Under the pieces are notes generated by a model. The model searched no databases. It was given only the letters and a program-made list of their open reading frames with translations, and was not told the origin of the DNA. Below are positions 1 through 11,297 of a stretch of DNA of 64,000 nucleotides, one piece after another (within the stretch, counting starts at the first letter, position 1; every line of letters begins with the position of its first letter). A program made the translations under genes and the position numbers. This DNA comes from Amphiscolops sp. MND2022 (lineage: Eukaryota), in contig OZ076413.1 in NCBI GenBank assembly GCA_964187785.1, positions 45,820,001-45,884,000 on the forward strand, written 5' to 3'.

Positions 1-180
1 AAAACGTCCAATTTCACAACAGAACCCGAAAATAGCCCTGGAGATGAGAAAACTCTACAGAAGAAATCTGAAGATTTTGCATGAGGAACTTCGCAAGTTT
101 AAGACTCACTGAGACCGTATCTTGGTGTTTCCTCAGCCTGGTGTGCTGTTTTTGTACGATTTTTCAGGTATTTGGGGATG

Positions 181-2525
181 TGTGATCTGATAGATCTCAT
201 TTTTTTGTCATCGGTTATACCAAATATAGTGTATTTCAGATAATTGCCTTTTAAGACCTCGGGAGTATGTAGGAAGTCGCAAGAACCCTATGAATCGTTT
301 TTACGTGCTTGTGGGACGTGTCAGGACTTTGACGTGCCGGCACGTCGCCTCGGAGCTCTGAATGAGGAATCACCTTGGTGTAAGGAAAGTCCCTCTGGGA
401 GACCACTTTCAGGAAAAAAGCTGATGTCTAGGCTTGTAGTAAGACCTTTCAAAGCAGCATAGGGAATGTCCCAGCTCTAGTATATACGCCTCTTGCTGGA
501 CGTTGTAATAGTTGTCTTTTAAAAAGCATTGAACGTTTGCTTCAATGTCTAAAAGTCCAAAATTAACGCAACTTTTATTATAGGAAATGATTTTTTTGCG
601 TACGTGTCACAGTTGACGCGCGGAATGGCTTGTGATTGTATAAGAATCGGATTTGGACGAGGGCAAGGTTGCAGAGAGAGACTTATGAAACCGTTCTTTG
701 GATTCTGGGCCTATTTTAAAGTAGACAAGTTAACTGTGACTGACTGAGATTAAAAATGAAAGTGACTGTCAAATTGAACAAATTGAAACGATTTCACGCG
801 TTTGCACCAAAGCGTTTAAGCCTCACCGGAAATAAACAGCGGACTAGAAATCGTTCCAAATATGCGTCAACACTACGTCAGACTTGGCAGTCTGCCAAGT
901 TTGCCATCCAATTCTCCTCAACACTACGTCGCAATTTTATAAATCTAGACGCCTTAGCTGGTAATAAATTTAAAACAAGCTCTTATTTAGTAGGAAATGT
1001 CAAATATCAATTAGAGTTAAATTTACATTACGTCAACTTCACGTTGAATAATAAACGAATTATAAAAGGATTGTATCTTTACGTCCGCCGTACGTCAGCT
1101 CACTTTTGGAAACGATTAAAACGAAGTTTAGGACTAATTTCTCAGGTTAATACTAACTTTATTGCGCCTGAAAATTCTGATTAGGAAAGTCACATTTCAT
1201 AATGTGAAACGAAACGATGTTTGCGTTGTCGGCCTAAATTTTGGTAATATTGCTCATTTAAAATTGATGTCGCTTTGACGGAACACTGATGATGAATGAA
1301 TTGACTGATTTTGTATCTTTTGCTATAACCCATTTGATAATATTTTCTGAAGTTTGATGCATTGTTTTTATTACTTGCTCAGTATATAGTCTATATACAA
1401 TTTCCATTCCATGTAGTATTAAAATGTTGCTGTTAAAGTTAAAGTGTTTCCAATTAAATTCATTGCTGTGTTCATCTGTTAATTGACGCTAATACGTAGT
1501 CCATGAAAGTGCTAATACAGTACTAATTTATGTCGTTAATTGAAGTTCTGGTGTCTACAAGTCCTAATCTGAAGCATGCACTTAAAACACTTGTCGATGT
1601 GTACTGGATACTTTCTCTCCTAGAGTCGTCGAATTATTCATTTTACGAGAATTAGTCGTAGTTTCCCAAGTTGAAATCGAAATCAGATTTTAGTTGTTCA
1701 CGCCAGCGTCATCTCCGTGGCAAATTTCCTACGAAGCAGAGCGGTAAAACAGGGAAACTTTCCGCTTTGAACGATTGACGTAAAATTTACTTTCTGCCTG
1801 AGAGGAAATAAAAAGACGCCGGAGTGAAATGGTGTGATCAAGTGCGATGACTAATAACATACTGATCTTGCCGTGTCTTTGAGTTTGACCAAATGTCGAC
1901 GCAAATTAAAAGTTTAGATGGAATTTTCCACGAAAATAAAGTTAATGACTAATTGATCGAAGGAATGAAGGTAATCAACGTAATCAATTTATGCTAGGAG
2001 GGTATATATACCCAACTTCTGTAAATTGATTTCAATCAACTTTTTTCTTCCGTTAAGAAAACTACAATTTTGTAAAAAGTAAAATTGTATCTCAATTCAA
2101 AACAGCAAATCCCAAACCTTTTGATTTAGATGTCAGCCCAAGTCAAAAAAGGAGAAACAATCTTCAGGAGACCGCCGGAAATGTGAGTGAAACTATAGTA
2201 TCTCCCGTATTGGAGGAAAACGTAGATTTACGGGAACCAGACGTCATGGTTGCGGGACGTTGTCGCGCCAAATAACCTAGGATGGAGAATAGCGCCTTAG
2301 AAAGTTTGAGAGCCTCTATAAAAAAAGAAATAACGTCGAAAATCAAAGGTTTGTTGATACAATCTCAGAAAGAAGTTTTGAAATTGTTGAAACCTGAAAC
2401 AAAAGAAAATGAGAACGAAGAACCTAAAGCAACGTCAGAGGTGAACCCCAGGAACTTCCATACAGTGCCAAAATCCGTCCGAATCAATAGAGTTCTAAAC
2501 AACGACCCTGACTTAAGTTTTGACA
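181..2525 (+). mobile_element. Putative long solo LTR (~2.3 kb), degenerate
   Basis: Starts TGTGA at 181 and ends TGACA at 2525; flanks GGATG (176-180) and GTATG (2526-2530) form a 5-bp TSD with one mismatch; TATA-like GTATATATA near 2002-2010; terminal ORF layout matches the two other solo LTRs. The left boundary is less certain (alternative TGTAGG at 268). Confidence 0.55.
2130..2525 (+). pseudogene. Degenerate LTR-terminal ORF (MSA-SQKRRNN...MENSALESLRASIKKEITSKIKGLL...NNDPDLSFD), probable Gag N-terminal part
   Basis: ATG at 2130 is one nt out of frame with the 2141-2525 frame; one in-frame stop at 2273-2275; amphipathic/coiled-coil-like segment; the frame stays open through the LTR terminus. 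Confidence 0.5.
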
Positions 2526-5500
2526 GTATGTTTGGGTTAGCTCAAATGGGTTGAACTTGTAGGTTGCCTGAACATCATTTCACGTCATCTATGTTTCCGT
2601 TAAGGCTTCAATTTTTGGTTCATTCTCGGAAGTTTCTGAATTTATTTGGTATCTGATGGTAACTCGAACATTATGTTGTGTCCTATGAACGAACTGCTAG
2701 TTTCAACTTTCTCTGTAACTGCATTGTAACGACAAGTGCTGGCGCTTAACTGAAACTTAGAAGTGGAAGAACTAGAACTGTGAATGTGATCCGGGACTTA
2801 GATCTCCACGGCCATAGCTCCTTTTGCCTCCAAGAGAGCCAGTCCCAGGGTGGGGGAACCGTCTTATAGGATGTTCTCTGGCCTGGTCCCAGTCTTTAAT
2901 TGCTGAGAATAACGGGCATCCATCTCGGACCTTGGCCTCGGACCACCGTTTAGACAGCCTTTAAAAACAATGCCAAATGTGTAAACAGTGTAAATTTCCA
3001 TCTTCGGGCTGATATCTGAATAATATCTAAAATGGGGAATAATATCTAAAATTGCACAAACTAGCGCTCGAGCTAGTTTAAACGGCTAAGTCTATCAAAA
3101 ATACATCAAAGCACACATCGGACTGGCAAACCACACAGCTACAAACCAAATTTTGAACATCTCACAAATCCAAAATCGGTTGATTTTGATGTACCAGAGG
3201 GTCCCGTTACACATTGTTTTCGTCATCAAACATGAAATTTTTCCAAAAGGCGATGGATTTGATACCAAGGTTGGTGAGCAAGTTTTCAACAAGTTGAAGA
3301 AGTGAAATAATTATCACATTTGCGCGGTCACTCAGGAGATTAATAAGGTCTTTCACCAAATAGAACTTGTCGATGGTCCTCGCCATCAAACATGAAAATG
3401 ATCTAAAAGACGGTGGATTTGATACCAATGTTGGATAGGTTTTCAACAAGTTGAAGAAGTGAAATAATTATCACATTTGAGAACATCCAAAAACGCGGTC
3501 ACTAGGGGGTTTATAAGGTTTTTCAGCAAATGGAACTTCTCCCGGCAATTAAATCCTATCCCTTAAAACCTCCGCGCCTTCTTGGCAACCCCCTTAAATT
3601 TCGCGGTGATGTAGAGAGAGTTTGAGTTCCTTTAGACCTGTCTTGTTTACGATAGTTTTTAGATTTTCCTCGGAATTAATTATGTTAAGTTGTTCAGATG
3701 AAACAAATTTCGCATATTTTTTAAAAAAGAGTTGTCAGTCAGTAACTGTAACTTTTTTTTCATTTTTTAAAAATTTTCTCATGCACTTTTTTTGCCAAAG
3801 CAACCTCGATTTCATGTCTTGCAGAAAACATTGCTGCATGATAACTTGGCAAATCTTATCCGGTAGCTAACTGTCAAATGCAAACTCAAACTAAGATACA
3901 CGCACATCGCTGCATCAGTGAACGCAAATTTTAACGGTTGTTCGATGTTGTTCAAATTCTCCATTCATCAGGTATTTTATTTTGTGATATTCAAAACTGC
4001 ATAACGTCACAACCACCATCAAATATTCGCTCGACCAAAAAAATGTAAATTATTAAATGACAAACGTGCTTTCAAATCGCGATAGTATTTCTCAGAATTT
4101 CGTAACATTTTCTCGACAAATAGAAGATAAACAACGACCCTGACCTAAGTTTTGACAGTATGTTTGGGTTAGCTCAAATGGGTTGAACTTATAGGTTGAC
4201 TGAACATCATTTCCAGTCATCTATGTTTCCGTTAAGGCTTCAATTTTTGGTTCATTCTCGGAAGTTTCTGAATTTATTTGGTATCTGATGGTAACTCGAA
4301 CATTATGTTGTGTCCTTTGAACGAACTGCTAGTTTCAACTTTCTCTGTAACTGCATTGTAACGACAAGTGCTGGCGCTTAACTGAAACTTAGAAGTGGAG
4401 GAACTAGAACTGTGAATGTGATCCGGGACTTAGATCTCCACGGCCATAGCTCCTTTTGCCTCCAAGGGAGCCAGTCCCAGGGTGGGGGAACCGTCTTATA
4501 GGATGTTCTCTGGCCTGGTCCCAGTCTTTAATTGCTGAGAATAACAGGCATCCATCTCGGACCTTGGCCTCGGACCACCGCTTGGACAGCCTTTAAAAAC
4601 AATGCCAAATGTGTAAACAGTGTAAATTTCCATCTTCGGGCTGATATCTGAATAATATCTAAAATGGGGAATAAAATCTAAAATTGCACAAACTAGGGCT
4701 CGAGCTAGTTTAAACGGCTAAGTCCATCAAAAATACATCAAAGCACACATCGGACTGGCAAACCACACAGCTACAAACCAAATTTTGAACAACTCACAAA
4801 TCCAAAATCGGTTGATTTTGATGTACCAGAGGGTCCCGTTACACATTGTTTTCGTCATCAAACATGAAATTTTTCCAAAAGGCGATGGATTTGATACCAA
4901 GGTTGGTGAGCAAGTTTTCAACAAGTTGAAGAAGTGAAATAATTATCACATTTGAGAACATCCAAAAACGCGGTCACTAGGGGGTTTATAAGGTTTTTCA
5001 GCAAATGGAACTTCTCCCGGCAATTAAATCCTATCCCTTAAAACCTCCGCGCCTTCTTGGCAACCCCCTTAAATTTCGCGGTGATGTAGAGAGAGTTTGA
5101 GTTCCTTGAGACCTGTCTTGTTTACGATAGTTTTTAGATTTTCCTCGGAATTAATTACGTTAAGTTGTTCAGATGAAACAAATTTCGCATATTTTTTGAA
5201 AAAAGTTGTCACTCAATAACTGTAACTGTTTTTTGAACATTTTTTTTTCATTTTTCAAAAATTTTCTCATGCACTTTTTTTGCCAAAGCAACCTCGATTT
5301 CATGTCTTGCAGAAAACATTGCTGCATGATAACTTGGCAAATCTCATCCGGTAGCTAACTGTCAAATGCAAACTGAAACTAAGATACACGCACATCGCTG
5401 CATCAGTGAACGCAAATTTTAACGGTTGTTCGATGTTGTTCAAATTCTCCATTCATCAGGTATTTTATTTTGTGATATTCAAAACTGCATAACGTCACAA

Positions 5501-5617
5501 CCACCATCAAATGTTCGCTCGACCAAAAAAATGTAAATTATTAAATGACAAACGTGCTTTCAAATCGCGATAGTATTTCTCAGAATTTCGTAACATTTTC
5601 TCGACAAATAGAAGATA
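2497..5617. repeat. Recent tandem duplication (~1.63-kb unit: ~2497-4127 and ~4128-5617)
   Basis: Near-identical sequence at offset 1632 (e.g. ORFs 3095-3292 and 4727-4924); the second copy lacks a ~157-bp segment (~3322-3478) that is bounded by a ~40-bp direct repeat. Confidence 0.95.
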
Positions 5618-6367
5618 TTTGATCGAAACTTCAGTAAACAAATCTGTTTCCAACGTTGAAGCAAATGACAGGGTTTATTTGCAATGGTTCATGGGTTCTC
5701 TACAATATCACATTGTTTTAGTTTCACTTTCTATACTATTTACTTTCTAAGTTGACAATTTGCTTCGAGAGGGAAGAATAAAAGTCAACCGGGTTGTATA
5801 TTTATCTGTTGCTTATAAAGGCCATTTTTGACACGTAATTATGATGGGGAACATTGGGCATGCCTTTGTGTATGTTGCTTGTATATTATTATCAGCAACA
5901 AGCAGTAAGTAGTGTTTCGGTTTTCTTACAGTATAGTTTTTACCGAGTTTTTCAAGTTTTTTTTCTGTTGGAAAAATGGAGAACTCAAGTTCACACGCAA
6001 ACCTCAAATGCATAAAAGTGACCTGATTATTTTACAGTATATCAGAACCGGTCAAATTTCGTTGCACTGACCTTTTTTGAAATTAAACATAAATTTCATC
6101 TGATGAGTGAAATTTTCCATTAAGCTAACTCTAGTTGAAAACTGGAAAGTTTTGTAACACGGAATTTGGGTCGTAGATTGACCTCCATTCTATAAACATG
6201 CTTGTCATACCATGTGTACTAAAATGCAAGAATCGATTTCAGACAAGTCAATGACCAACAAAAATTATAACTTGAACTCAATTATAACTGCTACGAGTAG
6301 CAAGGGACCCTTTGCTTAGGGTATCGATGTTCACGCGACAGTACTTCGTCGGAGTGCAAACCTCCCA

Positions 6368-6860
6368 TTTTTAGTCGGCGTTTCCGAAGAAAAAGCACGA
6401 CTCTTACAGTGGCTAGTTTTTTTGTCAGTTCAACGCAATCGGTCCACTTTTTTTGTTCATTTGTTCAACTTCTTGGCCGATAGGTTAACCCGGATTTTCT
6501 GGTGTCTGAGAAGCAGGAGAGCGTGGGTTCGAGTCTCGCTCTAAACCACAATTTTTTTATGCTTCCAAAAGTAGAGGGGAGACCAAAGGGTCCCCCCTTT
6601 GCGTTTTTTTTTCAGCACTATGCGACGTTTTTCCGAAAATTTTTGAATTCTATCAAAGGGTACCCCCTTGAATTTTTCGGTTTGTAAAAAAAAACATTTA
6701 ATAAGCCTAAAGGGTCTCTTTTTGGGTTTTTCGGCAATGTGCGACTTTTTTCACCAAATACTTTTTTTGGAGAATTTTTTTTCCAAGCTTTTCCAATTTT
6801 GTTCCTTGAATATTTTTGAGCCTTAGATATGAAGCCGACTTGGGCCGTTCTCGGCTTGTT
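6368..6860 (+). mobile_element. Non-autonomous Helentron-like element (HINE/DINE-1 architecture) with tRNA-like insert
   Basis: 5' TTTTTAGTCGGCG; 3' TTGAGCCTTAGATATGAAGCCGACTTGGGCCGTTCTCGGCTTGTT (subTIR plus GCCG-TTCT-CGGC hairpin); internal B-box GGTTCGAGTC at ~6525. Confidence 0.75.
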
Positions 6861-9567
6861 TTTCATTAGCTGAATTTCGACTTCCTATTATTAAGGCTTT
6901 TAGTAGATTGTTTTGGGATTGAGCTTATATCCTCTGAATTCAGGAAGTTAGATTTTTTCCAGGGACGATTTTAGTTCCTCAAATTCTGTAAGTTCCGCTT
7001 TTCGGTAATAAGAGTCTCGCGAAACTGCCACAGATCCTTTTTAGCTACCTAGTTCAACATTTTCAACTTTACTACATTATTTTCACCGGGACTAACGTTC
7101 AGGGGCTCGCTTCTATCTGCTTTTCTCACTTGACCTCAAGAGGTTATCTTCGGTAGATTATAAATTTAGCTTTTGGGGAATTTTTTTGTCAAATTGAAAT
7201 AGTATTGTCAAATCATGAACAAACAGCGCAAAACAACCAAAACAAAAATGAGAAATTTTAAATAAAGATGCTTTGCTCAGTCACACAGTGTCAAAAAGTC
7301 TTATTGGCCCATTATGCTGGCAAAACGAAAGGTTGTCGCAAGAACTCAATGAGTTGTTTTCGAATGAAAAACGTCGTACAGTGTCAAAAAACTCCAAAGA
7401 GGCAGAGCCTTTGCTCTTCCTGCTGACCGTAAAAATTTTTACCAGCGCAGGTTTCGAACCCAAGTACATCTGAACCCCAGCCACTTCCACACACGCGATA
7501 ACTACTTGGTCATGTTGCGAGAGCAAGATAAGTGTTATTGAAGGTATAAAATACGTCAGGTGGCTGGTCTTGAAAAATCGCTACTGTATTATGAATTCAT
7601 ACATTGTAGAGATCATACATGGTTGGAAATGCAAAGCGTATTCTCATGAGTAATCCTAATTCTAACTTCTTAGAACCACGAGCTTTCAATCTTAATTCTT
7701 GCTTCATGAAAAGTTATGATTAGTGGAGTTAGAGTAAGGATGCATCTCTAGCTTTCCAGTCTCAACTAGACGCAGTGCTGACGTTATTTGTTCCATTCAG
7801 GCCATATTATTTGAATGAATTGGAAAGTTTTTGATCACGTCATACTTGCGTGTCACGTTCTTTTGAATCAAGTAGTGCCGTCTTTACCCATCTACTATAT
7901 GTGCTTGAAATCTTTATACGAAGTGTACGCTTCTTCATAAAATCTGTTTTGCCAGAGTACTAGCTACCATTGATGAAGCAATTTTTCGCATTGGTTGTTT
8001 AATTTACACTGATCTTAACAACATTACGCCTGAATCACGTCTGTAAAAAAATTTGGTCTGGAAATGTTTTGCTGGTAGTGCGAAAAATTCAGACCTATAT
8101 CAAGCTGGCACTTGTTTTTTATTCGCTTTAAGAAATTATGTAACGGCAAGCTGTTATCGGTTAGCTTAACGCGTTAGCAGAGGTGGAGGAACCTGCAAAA
8201 ATGGGTGTATCGCTCGGCACAGGTGCCCATCGCTACAGATGCATTTTGCCTCCAGGTGTGAAATACGTCCCGTGGCCGTGGGTATTTGGACGAATACCGT
8301 CCAACCTCCTAGTCTTTGACTGCTAATAGTAACGGGCATCTTCCTGACTCTCTGAAGACCACCGCTTAACTAGCACATAAAAACAATGCCAAGAATAAGG
8401 TAAATTTCCAGTTCCAGGGTGTCTCGGACTAGCAAATACAGCTAAAAACAGTGAACATACATCAAAGCACGCATAAATCTGGCAGACCACACAGCTACAA
8501 GCTGGTGCACAGGGGCTCCAAGTACTAAACAATGATCTTTAGGCAAAAAGAGTCGTTTTTACGCTTTCCGCAACATAGGGTAGCATAATGCTGAAAATCG
8601 ATAAAAACCGGGTGTTAGCACCAAAAATGAGTCAAGGTTTTCGCAGTCTCTATGGGCTTTCAGGCCATTTCGTTCTCTGCGTTCTCGCTCGGTCTGCTCT
8701 CGTCCTCGTTTTGCATCGAAAAATGGCGAAAACAGTGAAAAGAGCAATCACATGCTCAGTGCCACGGCCAACAAAGAATTATGTTTTTCATAAAATTTCT
8801 TGACATGACACAATTCCAAAATAGACTGATTTTGCTGTACCAAAGGGTGCCGTTAAATCACGTCAAGGTTCCTTGTCGACAAAAAATCCGAAACGTGATT
8901 CCTTTGCTATAGTCGTCCGTCTGTTGGATGTCAATGGCGCTCTGTGTGCTTCTATCTGCTGTTCACGACCAAATGTAGTTACTCCCTTCAACCATGAACT
9001 CTTCGCTGCTTGCCTGGAAAAATTTTCAGAGGCTTGATTTTTGTTTTCTGTCGAGGGACCCTTTTAAATCACTCTCGCGTGATAAAGCAGTCACCAGTCT
9101 TGTTTCTACAGACAAGTGAGTCATTTCAGGATTCTTTCAGGTTTTCGCTGACAATCTTTGTCATTGTAAATGTCTCTTCCATACTTGAGTCGTTGCAACA
9201 GGATATTTTTACATTCTCTGCATTTTCCCTGGTTTATTAGTTTTCTTTAGGCTTCAATGTATACTTTCTTAGAAGCGGACAATTGGGCTTTTGAATCTTT
9301 CTTTTTGTTGGAGTGCTGCGAAGGTCACTCTGAGTTGCATTTTCGGCTCCTTCATAATTTTTTGGGATTTTGACTTCCTTCATAGCAACCTTAAATGAAA
9401 ACTAAAAGTTTCCTTGATGGACACGACTACAGGCCCTCTCAGTTTTTGGCAGTGTACGACTTGTTTCAGCGTTTTCGATACAGACGTAAAGAGACGACAA
9501 AGTGACTGGATTAGTATTGACTTCAGCACAAAAGTAGTTCCAATTAAATTCCAGTTTACATTTTCAG

Positions 9568-9664
9568 TCATATTCTCCGAAGTGGAGGCTTGGGAGACAT
9601 TGGAGTTGATCTTACCAGACGAGGGAGATCGCTATGGTGCTGGGAAGTTCTGCTACAATTACAC
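9568..9664 (+). CDS. Exon A of spliced host gene 1 (uncharacterised, probably secreted ~200-aa protein)
   Basis: ttttcAG acceptor and GTGAGT donor; encodes xIFSEVEAWETLELILPDEGDRYGAGKFCYNYT; ends in phase 2, matching the next exon. Confidence 0.75.
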
Positions 9665-9833
9665 GTGAGTCTGCGTCTACCGCTTGGATTGTGTCGAGTG
9701 AGTGTCATACATCACTAAGATCCAAACGCATTCTCAAATATCTGAACAACTCAATTTCACATCGATTATCCTGACCAATTTCAGACATAATTATTTCAGA
9801 GAAAATATACAGACTCAAGTGATATTTTTACAG

Positions 9834-9979
9834 GAGTTACTATTGCTTGCATGGCTACTGGTTTGACGAGATCCAGAGTGGAAGAACTCCTCAAAATGAT
9901 GACGTAGAAGTGTGGACCAGCCTCATTCAACCTAATTGGCAAAAACTCAACTGGTTCTCGTTTGATAGCCGGTCACTTG
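9834..9979 (+). CDS. Exon B of host gene 1
   Basis: tttttacAG acceptor and GTTAGT donor; phase 2 to phase 1; encodes SYYCLHGYWFDEIQSGRTPQNDDVEVWTSLIQPNWQKLNWFSFDSRSL with no stop. Confidence 0.75.
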
Positions 9980-10051
9980 GTTAGTTGCTTAATCACCTGA
10001 TGAAAGTTTTAAGAAAACATAAACGAGTTTCCATTGTAAATGAAAGAAAAT

Positions 10052-10702
10052 AACAAGCCGAGAACGGCCAAAGTCGGCGCTATATCTGAGGCTCAAAATT
10101 GTAAAAGGAGGGACTCTTTGGGTTTTGTGAAACTCCAGCTGGTGGCAAAATATGAAAAAAAAATGAATTGAACAGTGTCACAGTGTCGAAAAATGTAAAA
10201 GGGGGGACCCTTTGGGCTTTGTGAAACTCCAGCTGGTTGCAAAATATGAAAAAAATTGAAGGGGGACCCTTTAAGGACTGAAAAAAATTGCCCAAAAAAA
10301 TTTTAAAATGTGATTTTTGAACAGTGTCACAGTGCCGAAAAATGTAAAAGGGGGGACCCTTTGGAATTTTCTGACATCCATTGTGTTTTAAAATATCGAA
10401 ACAAATAAAGGGGGGACCCTTTGGTGCAATCCAAAAAGTTTCAAAAAAAGTCGCATAGTGCCGAAAAAAAGTGAGGGGGGGAGGCTTAGGGGAGATCGTT
10501 AGTGTGTTGTCGAGGTTCTGTTTGTTTTGTTTTCTTTTTCGTTTTGGACGCGCTTCTTAGGTTCGCCAAGTTGTTGAAGAAATGAACTGAACAAAGAACA
10601 AAAAGAAAAGACACAGAAAGAAAAGTGGAACTTTCGTGTCTAAAAAAAACTACCCACTGTAATAGTCGGGCACATTTTCTACTAAAATGCGCCGACTAAA
10701 AA
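10052..10702 (-). mobile_element. Non-autonomous Helentron-like element (HINE)
   Basis: Reverse-oriented copy with both ends: AACAAGCCGAGAACGGCCAAAGTCGGCGCTATATC ... AAAATGCGCCGACTAAAAA; internal GGGGGACCCTT tandem subrepeats. Confidence 0.8.
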
Positions 10703-10795
10703 CATGATCTGATACCTTCCCAGAGTTGGACTTCAATCTAATTGATGCCTAATGATTATGCAAGAATAGCGGTGACTCATCAAATAACTGCTACC

Positions 10796-11297
10796 TGTTT
10801 CCTCTATGTCTGCCGGTTCGGTGAGAAACGATGTTTAAAAAATAACAATAGTATTCGAATTAACTTTACCGAAATACAATGTATGAGATTCAACAGTTAA
10901 CAGAAATGGGTAGGCGTTTTAGCCTGCAACGGTTTTTGTGAACACAAATTGGCTGCTTCAATGTGATAAGTACATGAACTTTAGCACCGATTATTCAATA
11001 TTTATCAATAGTGTGTATAATTAAATGTCAATGAAATTTATTGAATTAGAACAAAGGTCAGCTGTCAATCAAAATATTATGTCAGTCATTTTTACATGTC
11101 AAATAAATTCAGAGGACAAAAGTTTTGTGTTTATGTTTTATGTTTATTCAAAAAAGGGAATCGGTTCACCCATACCGTTCTTTGGCGGGTTCGAAAAGCC
11201 ATCAATAACGTGAAGGTCGACGTTCTTACCGTAAACATTGGTATTTTAATTGAATTATAGGCGATTTTTATTTTTTGTTGACAAACAATTGTCAACA
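10796..11297 (-). repeat. 3' LTR of BEL/Pao element
   Basis: Direct repeat of 18018-18519; abutted by the PPT GGGGCGGAGGA (minus strand, 11298-11308). Confidence 0.97.

Noticed and set aside
756..1184. 142-aa ORF inside the first solo LTR
   Set aside because: No recognisable motif; it overlaps short internal repeats (CAACACTACGTC) and is probably a chance ORF.
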